Below, piece after piece: positions 24,555-36,820 of a stretch of DNA of 64,000 bases. The notes below the pieces were generated by a model that was not told the DNA's origin, ran no database searches, and was given only the letters and a program-made list of their open reading frames with translations. This stretch comes from Mobula hypostoma (taxonomy: Eukaryota), in assembly GCF_963921235.1 (NCBI RefSeq), contig NC_086110.1, positions 124,001 to 188,000 of the forward strand. Reading direction: 5' to 3'. A program made the position numbers and the translations under genes. How positions within the stretch are numbered: the first letter of the stretch is position 1; each line of letters begins with the position of its first letter.

Positions 24555-26960
24555 CCTGATAAAGAGAAAAAAGGAAGCACGTAGCAGGTATAGGCAGGTA
24601 GGAACAAATAAGGTGATTATAGAATGCAAGAAATGCAAGAGAATACTTAAAAAAAAATCAGGAAGGCTAAAAGAAGGCATGAAGTTGCTCTAACAGACAA
24701 GGTGAAGGAGAATCCCAAGAGATTCTATATATGTTCAGAGCAAAAGGATTGCAAGGGATAAAATTGGTTCGTGGAAGACTGGGATGGTAATCCCTGTGTG
24801 GCGCCAAGCCAGATGGGGATCGTAAATGCATTCTTTGCATTTGTATTTATTCAGGAGACGGATACAGAGTCTTTTGAAGTGAGGCAAAGTGGCATCAACT
24901 TCATGGACCCTGTACAGATTACAGAGGAAGAGGTGTTTGCTACCCTGAGGCAAGTCAAGGCCGGCTAATCCCTAGGGCCTAACAAGGTGTTCCCTTGGAC
25001 CCTTACTGAAACAAATACAGAAATCGCCAGGGCCCTAGCAGAGATAATTAAAACATCCTTAGCAACAGGAGAGGTGCCAGGGGATTGGAGGACAGCCAAT
25101 GTTGTTCTGCTGTTTAAGAAAGGCTGTAAACCAGGAAATTACAGACCGCTGAGTCTGACATCATTTGTGGGAAAGTTATTGGAAGGTATTCTAAGAGACC
25201 TGATATATGAGTATTTAGATAGACATAGACTGACTAAGAATAGTCAACATATCTTAGTGTGTGATAGGTTATGTCTAAGCAATCTTATCAAGGGAGTCGT
25301 CAGTCTGGTTTGGCTCCACACACGGATTACCATTCCGGTATTCCAGAGGACCAATTTTGTTATCAATCTTATTAAGGAAGTTACCAGGAATGTGGATGAA
25401 GGCAAGGCAGGGGATATTGTCTGCACGGTCTTTGGTAAGGCATTTGACAATGTCCCACATGAGATAAAGGACTAGATAGGGTGGACGTGGAGAGGATGTT
25501 TCCTATGTGGGGGTGTTCGGAACTTGAGGGCACAGCCTCAAATTTGAGGGATGACCTTTTAAAACAGAGGTAAGGAGGAATTTTTTTTTTGCCACAGAGT
25601 AGTGAATCTGTGGAATGCTCTGCCACAGACTGCGGTGGAGGCCAAGGCCAGGGGTATATTTAAAGCAGAAGTTGAGAGCTTCATGATTGGTCAGGGCATC
25701 AAAGGATATGGCGAGAAGAAGGTGTGCAGGGTTGAGTGGGATCTCAGATTAGCTACGATGGAATGGTGGAATATATTCGACGGGCTGAATGGCCAAATTC
25801 TACTCCTATGTCTTATGGTTTTACAGTCTTATGGGAGGCAGGTCAAGAAGGTTCAGTCACTCGTTATTCAGGATGAAGCAATAAAGTGGATTAGACATTG
25901 TCTGTGAGAGAAGTTACAGAGCGGTAGTAGAGGATTGCCTCTCTGACTGGAGGGCTGTGACTAGAGGCGCGCCGTAGGGATCGATGCTGGGTCTATTGCT
26001 ATTTTCCATCTATATCAACAGTCTGGATGATAATGTGGTTACCTGGATCAGCAGAGTTGCAGATGTCACCAAGATTGAGGGTGTAGTGGACACTGATGAA
26101 GACTATCATGGCTTGCAGAGGGATCTGCATCAGCCGGAAAAATTGGCTGAAAAAGTCAAACGGAACTTAATGCAGACAAGTGCAAGGTTTTGTACTGTGG
26201 TAGGGCCAATCAGGTTAGGTCCGACACAGTGAATGGAAGGGCACTGAGGGGTGGTAAAACAAAGGGATCTGGGAATACAGGTACATAGTTTGTTGAAAGT
26301 GGTGTCACAGGTGAATAGGGTCATAAGGAAAACTTTTGGCACATTGGCCTTCATAAATCAATGCATCTAGTACAGGAGATAGGATATTATGTTGAAGTTG
26401 TATGAGACATTGGTGAGGCCTAATTTGGAATATTGTGTTCAGTTTTGGTCACCTACTTACAGGAAACATTTAAACAAAGTTGAAGGAGTACAGAGAAAAT
26501 TTACCGGGTCTGGAGAACCTGAGTTATAAGGAAAGATTGAACAGGTTAGGACTATTATTTAGAACATAGAAGATTGAGAGGGGATTTGATAGAGGTACAC
26601 AAAATTATGAGGGCTATGGATAGGATAAATGCAAGGAGGCATTTTCCATGGTGGTTGGTTGGGCCTACAACCAGAGGTTATGGTTGAAGAGTGAAAGGTC
26701 AAAATTTTAATTAAAACATGTGGGGGAACCTCTTCACTCAGAGGGTGGTGAGAGTGTGGAATGAGCTGCCAGCACAAGTGGTGCTTGCGAGCTTGATGTC
26801 AATGTTTATGAGAAGTTTGGATAGGTATACGGATGGTACGGGTATGGGGGGCTATTGTCCTGGTGCAGGTCGACGGGACTAGGCAGTTTCAATGGTTTCG
26901 GCATGGACTAGGGGGGTCGATAAGCTTGTTTCTGTTCTGTGACCTTATGACTCTATATGC
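24555..26960 (+). mobile_element. CR1 LINE ORF2 remnant with a nested CR1 3' end (~25462-25832)
   Basis: WRTANVVLLFKKG..GNYRPLSLTS, FGKAFDNVPH, VADVTK; host resumes after ttatggttttacagtcttatg. Confidence 0.85.
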
Positions 26961-27227
26961 GATTTTCCAGCCGTCTGGAACCGTGCCGAAATCTAGTGAT
27001 TCCAGGAGGGTCATTGCTGATGCTCCACAATATCTCCAGCCATCTCTTTCAGAATCTTGCACGCAGTCCATCTGGTTCAGGTCTCATCTACCTTCTCACC
27101 TTCCAGCTTTCCAAGCACCTTCCCCTAGTAATAGCAACTATATTCCCTTTTGCCCCTCACACTCTTGAGTTCTTGCCCTGACTCCCAGAATGAAGTCTGA
27201 TGCAAAATACTTACTAAAAATTCCAAT

Positions 27228-28166
27228 CACAAACAAGAGAAAATCTGCAGATGCTGGAAATCCAAGCAACACACACAAAATGTTGGAAGAACTCAACAGG
27301 CTAGGCAGCATCTCTGGAAAAAAATTCAGTTGACGTTTCGGGCCGAGACCCTTCATCAGGACTGGAGAAAAAAAGAAGAGAAGTAGATTTAAAAGGTGGG
27401 GAGGGTTGGAATTTGGGTCATATACTGTATCCGGTGCTTCCAATGTGGCTTCGGTGAGACCTGATGTAGATTGGGAGCACGCTTCACCAAGTACTTATGT
27501 AGATTTACAAGTGGGGGGAGGGTTGGAGTTTGGGTCATATACTGTGTCCGGTGCTCCCAGTGTGGCATCTGTGAGACCTGCTGTAGATTGGGAGCACACT
27601 TCACCGAGCACTTACACTGTCCACCAGAAAAAGCGGGATCTCCCAGTGGCCACCCATTTAAATTGCACTTCCCATTCCCATTCCGATATGTCAATCCATG
27701 GCCTCCTCTACTGGCGCAATGAGGCTACACTCAGGTTGGAGGAACAACATTTTATCTTCTCTCTGGGTAGCCTCCAACCTGATGGCATGAACTTCGGTTT
27801 CTCGAAATTCCGGTCATGGCCCGAACGCCCCTTTATCATTCTCCACCCCCTTTTCCCTGTCTCACTTTATCTCCTTGCCTGTCCATCTCCTCCCTCTAGT
27901 GCTCCTCCCCCTTTTCTTTCTCCCATGGCCTTCTGTCCTCCCCGGCTGGATTTCCCCTTCTTCAGCCCTGTATTTCCTTTACCAATCAACTTCCCAGCTC
28001 TTTATTCATCCCTCACCCGCCTGGTTTCTCCCTCCCTTCTGCCACCTTTAAAATCTACTCCTCATCCTTTTTTTCTCCAGTCTTCAGTCCAAACTGTCGA
28101 CTGTACTCTTTTCCATAGATGTTGCTTGGCCTGGTGAGTTCCTGCAGCATTGTGTGTATGTTGCTT
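27228..28166. mobile_element. Penelope-like element, inverted arrangement (minus arm ~27228-27410, plus arm ~27411-28166), inserted in minus-strand CR1
   Basis: GIY-YIG remnant IYCVRCSQCG..ETCCRLGAHFTEHL / DLPVATHLN..EATLRLEEQHFIFSLGSLQPDGMN. Confidence 0.88.
27327..27364 (-). ncRNA. Minimal type I hammerhead ribozyme motif of a Penelope-like element (core intact)
   Basis: Minus strand reads CAGUC-CUGAUGA-A-GGG ucucgg CCC-GAAAC-GUC-AACUG: conserved core, stem II, loopless ACGU stem III; one stem I mismatch. Confidence 0.75.
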
Positions 28167-28169
28167 AAG

Positions 28170-28920
28170 TATTCCACATTGTTTTAATAATGAGGCAACC
28201 AGAAATGAACACAATATTCTAAGTGTGATCTAATCAGTGTTTTATAGAACTGCATCAATACCCTATCGACTTGCATGGCAACTTTTGGGATCAATGGACA
28301 TAGGCTCCATAATGCCAAGAATTGTGCCATTAACCCTGTATTCTACTCTGCTTTCAAATTCGACATTCCAAAATAAATTACTTCACAGTTTTCCAGCTTG
28401 AACTCCATCTGGCACCCCTCATCCAGCTCTACCTCACGTCAATATCTTGTTGTAACCTACAACAACCCTCCATCTTATCCCAAGACTCCATCAACCTTTG
28501 CGTCATCTGTGCATTTTCTACACACCCTTCCACTTCCTCATCAAAGTCCTTTACAAAAATCTCTAAGAATATTGGTTCTGGAACAGATCTCTGTGGAGCA
28601 CTTGTGTCCCCAGCCTTCAGACAGAATACTGCAAGCTTCTACCTTCATGGGCAAGCCAATTCTGAATCCAGACAGCTCTAGACCCCATATCTTTTGACTT
28701 TCTGAATGAATCTACTAGGAGGAACTTTATCAAATGCCTTATTAAAATCTATATACACAGCATCCAGTTTATATCTTCATCAATGAACTTGGTCACATCC
28801 TGGAAGAATACAACCAGGCCTGTGAGACAGGAGCTACCTCTCACAAAGCCATGCTGACTATTCCTAATCGGATTGTGTTTCTCCAGATGCTTGTAGATCC
28901 TGTCTCTCAGGTCTTCTTCA
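28170..28920 (-). mobile_element. CR1 LINE fragments
   Basis: LRDRIYKHLEKH..SQHGFVRGSSCLT. Confidence 0.8.
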
Positions 28921-28921
28921 A

Positions 28922-29240
28922 GGGGCACCATGGTAGTGTAATGGTTCTTGTGGTCGTTATTACAGCTGGGGAGGGGGGAGGGTCAGAGTTCGGAGTTCAG
29001 AGTTCAGTTCTGGCCTCCTGTGTAAGTAGGTTTGTGCGTTCCTCCCCAAGAGTGCATTGATTTCCTCCCAGTGCTCTAGTTTTCCTTCCACAGTCCAAGG
29101 ATGTGCTGGTTCGTAGGCTAATCGTTCATGGTAAATTGTCCTGTGGTTAGGCTATGGTTAAATCAGTGAGTTGCTGGGCAGCATGACTCGAAGGACCAGA
29201 AGGACCTGTTCAGCACTCTATCCCTGAATAAATAACAAAC
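28922..29240 (+). mobile_element. V-SINE (HE1-like)
   Basis: tRNA-like head, V domain tttcctcccagtgctctagtttccttccacagtccaagga, CR1-like tail and aataaataa. Confidence 0.8.
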
Positions 29241-29811
29241 TATATAAATACATTCGGCAAGAGGAAAGACTATCAGGGCTGGGCAGGGTCTTTGATCATG
29301 GTGACTGGAGTCCAATTAAATGTGTAAAAGCATTGCAGAGAATTGGAATTGGTTTATTATTGTCATGTGTACAGAGATACAGTGAAAAGCTTGTCTTGCA
29401 TACTGTTCATACAAATCAAATCGTTGCACAGTTTCTTGAGGTGATTGCGAGGCAGAACAACGACTGAATGCAGAGTCAAGTGTAATAGCTCGAAAGGCAG
29501 TGCAGTGCAGCAGAAAACAAGGAGCAAAGCCACAACAATCGTGAGGTCAAGAATCTGTTTTATCGGACCAGGGACAGAAGCAGACTTAAACTGACTTCCA
29601 GCATTCTCGTGGGCTGAGAGAACAGACTCTATGGGATGATTGTGGGACATTAGAGCGGGCTTGCAGTTCATTTCCATCTCTTTATTTGCCTCAGTCTTTA
29701 CTGAGAAGCAGCATTCAAACCAGTCAAGCCACGTTCCAGGGGGCTTGAGCTCATTATTGAGGCCGACATCCCAATGCAGCAAGGATGGAGATCTTAACAG
29801 GTTAGACCAGC

Positions 29812-31210
29812 TGCTTGTCACTTTTTAAGAAGGGAGGAAGGCAACAAAAAGGAAATTATAGGCCAGTTAGCCTAACCTCAGTGGTTGGGAAATTGTTGAA
29901 GTCTATTATTAAGGATGAGGTTTCAGGGTACTTGGAGACTAATGACAAAATAAGTCAAGGTCAGCATGGTTTCTGCAAAGGGGAGGTAACACGCAGTGCA
30001 GACAAAGGACAGGCAGTGGATGTACTTGGATTTTCAGAAGGCATTTGATAAAGTGCCTTACATGAGGCAGCTTAACAAGATAAAATATTATGGTGTTACA
30101 GGAAAGACACTGGCATGGATAGAGGAATGGCTGACAGGCAGGAGGTGGTGAGTGGGAATAAAAGGGGCCTTTTCTGGTTGGCTGCTAGAGACTAGTGGTG
30201 TTTCTCAGGGATCAGTATTGGGAACACTGCTTTTCTCATTGTTTAGCAATGATTTAGATAGTGGTATTGATGGCTTTGTAGCAAGGTTTGCAGATAATAT
30301 GAAGATAGGTGGAGGGGTAGGTAGTACTGAGGAAGCAATGCGATTGTAGCAGGACTTACACTAATTGGAAGAATGGGAAAAAAAAGTGGCAGATGGAATA
30401 CAGTGTTGGGAAATGTATGATAATACATTTAGGTTAAAGGAACAAGAGTGCAGACTATTATCTAAATGGGGAGAAGGTTCAAACATTAGAGGTACAGAGG
30501 GACTTAGGAGTCCTTGTGCAAGACTCCCAGCAGGTTAATTTACAGGTTGAATCTATGGTAAAGAAGGCAAATGCTGTGTTAGTATTTATTTCAAGGGGAA
30601 TAGAATATAAAAGCAAGGAAATAATGCTGAGGCTTTATAAGATACTAGTCAGGCCGTACGGAGTATGGTCAACAGTTCTAGGCTCCATATCTCAGAAACG
30701 ATGTGTTGTTATTGGAGAGAGTCCAAAGGAGGTTTACAAGGATGATCCCAGGAATGAAATGGTTAACATGTGAGGAGCATTTGGCAGCTTTGGACCTGTA
30801 CTCACTGCAACTTAGAAGAATGCGTGGGGATGTCATTGAAACCTACCGAATGTTGAAAGAACTAGATAGGGTGGATGTGGAGAGGATGTTTCCTATGGTG
30901 AGAGTATTCAGAACCAGAGGGCAGAGTCTCAAAACTGAGGAGTGACCTTTCAGAACAGAAGCAAAGAGGAATCTTTTTAGCCAGAGAATGGTAAATCTGT
31001 GGAATGCTCTGCCAGAGGCTGCGGTGGAGTCCAAGTCCATGGGTATATTTAAAGTGGAATTTGATAGTTTCCTGATCGGTCACGGCATCAAAGGACATGG
31101 CAAGAAGGCAGATGTATGGGGTTGAGTGGGATCCGGGATCAGTCATAAGGAAATGGCAGAGCAGACTTGATGGGCCGAATGGCCTAATTCTGCCACTATG
31201 TCCTGTGGTC
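29812..31210 (+). mobile_element. CR1 LINE ORF2 remnant
   Basis: GNYRPVSLTSVVGK, RFADNMK, LERVQRRFTRMIPG. Confidence 0.9.
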
Positions 31211-32439
31211 AGATCAGGCGTCAGGCTGAATTCTCCATGCTTTCTCAGTTGATGTAAGCAAGAGCAGTTTCTGAGAAGAACAGTTCTCCCTGGTATATTG
31301 ATGAAAAAGAAACAGAATCAACAATCATTAATCTTTTATCTATAAATGGAGACTTAGTGACTTTATAATGTCAACTACTCCGCAAGCTACACCTTGGGAG
31401 CAGAAGAATCTGGAGCATCCTGTGAGTTAGAGGATGGAAATACAACCTAAATTGCTGTCTCTTTTCCTGTTTTTTCTACTTTCTGTTTTATTCCTTATTT
31501 ATTTCCCTCCTTTCTTCTACAGCCTGTCCCACACAAGTTCCCTTCTTGTCTTTCACTCTAGTGTTCTGAGCCAACTAATGATTTCCCATGTTGAATTGCC
31601 AAAATCCCCAGGGTCATTCCATCTTGTTGAAAAGGTTAAGTAATCTGCGCTTGCCTTTAATGTGATAATTAGTGATAAAATAAATGGCAATTAAGCTGCT
31701 GCACTGGGCTTGGTTAACTCAGATGTCTAGAGGAAGGTTTTATGTGAATTGAAACATTCAACATCATTGCATTCAGCAAAATCTGAGATACATTTAGAGT
31801 GTGGTATACATTGACGTCACATTACATAATTCTAAATCAACCTTAACTATCAGCCTTTAAAGCTGGGAAGTTGGCTGGCACAAGATGTCATTCGTTTGGG
31901 CAGGTATAAGGGTAGAAATGATTCAGAGCAACATGTGCCAAGCTCAGGCAAATGGGACCAGTTCATCTAAGAAACTTGGATAGTACAATGAGTTGGGCTG
32001 AAGGGATTGTTTTATGTACTCTGTTTTCCATAGTCTAGGGCTTTGAAAGACTACTTCAGTACAAACTGTAGAAATGTAAATCTGATTGAAAAGCTTCATA
32101 GCAGGGGTTGTGGTAAAAGTTAACATGCTTGGAGGTCTTTGGAGGGAAGAGGGCTATTTGGGAACTGGCATTAGTTTGCAGAAACAGGGAAGCTCAGAGA
32201 TTCTTTAATTGAGGATATCAGTAAACGCAAGGACCAGGGAGGATAGGCAAGTGATGACAAGGCTGAGGGGAATGAACAAGGACAAAGTGTGCGTGGGCTT
32301 GATCGGCATCTATGTTTATCCTGTTGGGCCAGGGAAAGGACTCTGTAACAAAAATCTCTCGAAGACCATGCTTGTTGCGGGGGGTGCGGGGGGTGGGGGA
32401 CAGAGGACAGGAGTGGAAGAACAACTGTCTCTCAAGGAC

Positions 32440-33880
32440 TGTGAGGTAATGTAGCAGCTCTGTAAAATGCTAATTAGATCACACTCGGAGTATTGTGCTC
32501 AGTTCTGATTTCCATATTATAGGAAAGACTAAAGGTGCAGCGATTTACCAGGATGCTGGCTGGGTTAGAAAGTATGTCTTATGAAAAAAGTTTTTCTTTG
32601 GAATGAAGAAAGATGAGAGGTGACTTTATGGAGATGTATAAGATTCTCAGAAGAATAGATCGAGTGGATAGCCAGCACCTTTTTCCCGGGTGGCAATACA
32701 GAGTACCAGGGAGCATCTATTTAAGGTGAGTGGAGGGAAGTTTAGAGCAGATATCATAGGTAGGTTTTTTACACAGAGAGTGTGGGTGCTGGAACACACG
32801 GCAGTGATAGGTGGTAGAGACTAACAGACATTTAAGAGGCTCTTAATTAGCCTCTTGAAAGTAAGAAAAATGGAATGCTATGGGCTCATAGGAGGGAAGA
32901 GTTAGATTGATAGTGGAGTAGGTTTATATACAGTAGGTCAGTTTAACATAGTGAGCTGAATACTTTGCTGCATTATTCTATGTTGTATGTCTAACGTTCT
33001 CTAATGGAACACTTTACACCCCATCGCCACTCACTGTATTATATCCTAGTGGGGATCAGTCTGCTTCTCTGTCTCAGAATCTAAACAGCTGCAGTCATAG
33101 TTTATCCTGTTAACATAGTCACAGGAAAGTACAGCACAGAAACAAACCATTCAGCCCATCTAGTCTGTGCTGAACCAATTAAACTGTCTACTCCCATCAG
33201 CCTGCACTAGGACCATACCCCTCCATGTCCCTTCTATCCATGTACTCATCCAAACATCTCTTAGCCATTGAAATCGAGCTCACATCTACCATTTGCACTG
33301 GCAGCTCATTCCACACTTTCACAACTCTCTGAGTGAAGAAGTTTCCTCTCATGTTCTCCTTAAACATTTCACCTTTCACCCTTAACCAATAACCTCTGGT
33401 TGTAGTCCCAATAACCTCAGTGGAAACAGCCTGCTTGCATTTACTCTATCTGTACCCCTCATAATTTTGTATACTTCTCTCAAATCTCTCTGTCTTCTAT
33501 GTTCCAAGGAATACAGTCCTAACCTATTCAATTTTTCCTTATAACTCAGGTCCTCCGGACCCAGTAACATCCTTGTAAATTTCCCCTGTACTATTTCAAC
33601 CTTATTTACATCTTTCCTGTAGGAAGGTGATCAAAACTGCACACAATACTCCAAATTAGGCCTCCAAATTATGTCTTATACAACTTCAACATAACATTCC
33701 ATCTCCTGTACTTTGATTTATGAAGGCCAAGATGCCAAAAGCTTTCTTTACAACTCTGTCTACCTGTGATGCCACTTTCAGCAAATTATGGACCTGTATT
33801 CCCAGATCCTTTGCTCCACCGCACTCCTCAGTGCCCTGCCCTCGCTGGTCCCAACAAAGTGCAACACCTCATACTTAATC
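32440..33880. mobile_element. CR1 3' fragments (plus ~32440-33000; minus ~33110-33880)
   Basis: FFTQRVVKVWNELP, LSYKEKLNRLGLYSLE. Confidence 0.8.
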
Positions 33881-34119
33881 TCTTCAGAACACCAGAATCC
33901 TCAATGTATTTATTTCCCATTCTCAAACCTGTCCTTCAAATCCTGTTACCCCATGAAAAGGTCGTTGACTTGTGTTCCAGAGGTGGCAAAAACTTTCAGC
34001 CCTGAGAGAACAGAACTCTGTCTTCACCCCATCAACATCACCCCATTGTACACTATCCTGACCCAAACGCTCACCGTGACCATGGTGTGCAGGGTTCTGG
34101 GCCCAACCATGTAATGCTG

Positions 34120-34472
34120 CCTGTTTCTTCTCTCCCTCCTTCCGTATCCGCTACCCTCCTTGTCTCAGCCAGCTGCAGCAGACCATGCTCGTCCTTATTC
34201 TTCCTCCTCCATCTCCCTCTCCCACTCCCTCTTCCCTTTCCTTTTCTCTCCCAACCCCTCTACCTCCCCCTCCCCCTGCCCCATTCCTTTTCTCTTTCAC
34301 CCCCTCTACCTCTTCCTGTCCACTCTCCTCCCTCCCTTTCTTTCTCTCACTTGCTTCCTCTACCGCCCCTTCTCTCAGTCTCCCCTCCCTTCTCTCTCTC
34401 TCTCTCCTCCTCTTCTATTCCTCTCTTTCCCTCTGCCCCTCCCCTGCCTATCTCCCTCCCCTTCCCCCTCCC
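34120..34472 (+). repeat. Polypyrimidine (C/T) low-complexity tract
   Basis: About 350 bp almost all C/T. Confidence 0.85.
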
Positions 34473-34476
34473 AATC

Positions 34477-34840
34477 ACAGAAACATAGAAAACCTACAGC
34501 ACAATACAGGCCCTTTGGCCACAAATCTGTGCCGAACATGTCCTTACCTTAGAACTACCTAGGCTTTACCCATAGCCCTCTATTTTTCTAAGCTCCATGT
34601 ATCCATCCAGGAGTCTCTTAAAAGACCCTATCGTTTCCGCCTCCACCACCGTCACTGGCAGCCCATTCCACACACTCACCACTCTCTGTGTTAAACATTC
34701 CTCTTTCCTTGACATCTCCTCCGTACCTACTTCCAAGCACCTTAAAGCTATGCCCCCAAGTGCTAGCCATTTCAGCCCTGGGAAAAAGCCTCCAACTATC
34801 CAGACGATCAATGCCTCTCGTCATCTTATACATCTCTATT
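34477..34840 (-). mobile_element. CR1 3' fragment, same subfamily as 16661-18737
   Basis: agaaacatagaaaacc tail; TQRVVSVWNGLP..GSFKRLLDGYM. Confidence 0.85.
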
Positions 34841-35260
34841 CCTTTCTCCCTGTGGACTTCATTGCATGTAACTCCTTCCCATGTACTCACGTTGGGAATT
34901 GAGATGCAGCCAAGCTGAGGCATAGCAAGGACGCTGGTGAATGCTTGTATCAGACAGCATTAATATTCTCATTCTCTCTGAAGCACAGACGTCAGGCTGA
35001 GCCGGTAGTACAGTTATAAGTCACAACTCAACAATCCACTGGAGGCCTTTGCAAGAGATTAATTGCACTAGTGTAGTGAGCCTACTTTCAGAAGGAAACA
35101 ACTGAATTTTTGGAAGGTATTTATTGAAGCTGCCCACGTCAGTCATTAAGCCATAAACATGATGAATTATTTAATAAATACCTCAGCAGGAAGGATTCGG
35201 AATGTGACGTAGATTGCCGGATTGGAATGTGATTGAACCCCAGACCCTGGTTTTCTTCAG

Positions 35261-35391
35261 GTGTATGAGAGCGGGAGCAAGTTGGACCAGTTTGTGACCC
35301 GATTCTTGTTGAAGGAAACAGCCAGTCAAATCCAGTCGCTCTTGACCTCTGTGGAAAGTGCAGTGGATGCCATTGATGACCAGACGAGAGG
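35261..35391 (+). CDS. NECAB2: NECAB2 exon, 131 nt ([43 protein letters not shown]), NECAB homology region
   Basis: ttttcttcag acceptor; the gtgggt donor at 35392 gives the phase 2 needed by the next exon; [11 protein letters not shown] is the NECAB family signature. Confidence 0.93.
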
Positions 35392-36249
35392 GTGGGTATG
35401 CCTCTTATGCCTTCGTCCTATATGATAAACTTTTGCCAGGACACAACCATGTTCCTTTGCAGCTGTCAGTCTAAGCAAGACACTAGCTAAGACTGCGTCT
35501 GATGGTCCTGCTGGCTTTCACACTGACAGAACCATCAGGGAGGCTGCAAACTTCAATAAAGGGCCGGGGGCACATGCTGGAATCGACACTCAATGCCTTA
35601 GAAAGGACACCTTCAAGAGATCAAACATCTCTGGCTGCTTAATAACTATTGATAATGACCTACCCCGTGCTTGCTATCTGCATGACCTCCTCCACCAGCA
35701 CTCACCCCTCCTCCCTCTCGGCCTGTTTAGAAACAATCTGAGGGGTAAGCCTTTCACACAGAGGGTGGTGGATTGTCAGAGGGAGGTTCCAGTTACAATG
35801 TCTGAAAGGCACATGGACAGGCCCCTGGATAGGAGAGGAGTGCAGTGATAAGGTCACCTGTAGAGAAGTGAGGGGGGAGTCCTTGCTGCCCTTCTCAGGA
35901 CAAGCCTCCACCTTCACTGACCTCAAGTGGTGACTGTCTCCTACAGTCAGACAGCCACTCTCCTGCAGTATGGCAGTGGCGAGCAGTCAGGTGGAGGCTA
36001 GGCCAGACACACCTAGGAGTCTGTCTCACACCTCGGCAGCCGTTCAGTCTCAGTCAGCAGAGGGGCCGAACGGCCCAGCCCTGTTCCCGGGCTCCAGGGT
36101 CTCGTCACAGGCTCAACTCAGAAATGCAGCTATGGCTCACAGGAAGTGCAGCCATTGTGGGTCAGGAAACGTGCTGATGTGGGTAGAGTGAGGTAAATGT
36201 CATACATTGATGGTATGGGATGAGAAACAGGGAGCAGCTCTAACAGCAG

Positions 36250-36820
36250 NNNNNNNNNNNNNNNNNNNNNNNNNNNNNNNNNNNNNNNNNNNNNNNNNNN
36301 NNNNNNNNNNNNNNNNNNNNNNNNNNNNNNNNNNNNNNNNNNNNNNNNNNNNNNNNNNNNNNNNNNNNNNNNNNNNNNNNNNNNNNNNNNNNNNNNNNNN
36401 NNNNNNNNNNNNNNNNNNNNNNNNNNNNNNNNNNNNNNNNNNNNNNNNNNNNNNNNNNNNNNNNNNNNNNNNNNNNNNNNNNNNNNNNNNNNNNNNNNNN
36501 NNNNNNNNNNNNNNNNNNNNNNNNNNNNNNNNNNNNNNNNNNNNNNNNNNNNNNNNNNNNNNNNNNNNNNNNNNNNNNNNNNNNNNNNNNNNNNNNNNNN
36601 NNNNNNNNNNNNNNNNNNNNNNNNNNNNNNNNNNNNNNNNNNNNNNNNNNNNNNNNNNNNNNNNNNNNNNNNNNNNNNNNNNNNNNNNNNNNNNNNNNNN
36701 NNNNNNNNNNNNNNNNNNNNNNNNNNNNNNNNNNNNNNNNNNNNNNNNNNNNNNNNNNNNNNNNNNNNNNNNNNNNNNNNNNNNNNNNNNNNNNNNNNNN
36801 NNNNNNNNNNNNNNNNNNNN
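36250..36820. other. Assembly gap (N run)
   Basis: Run of n. Confidence 1.

Noticed and set aside
35392-35400. Alternative donor gtatgc at 35396
   Set aside because: Would give phase 0, incompatible with the next exon at 37792
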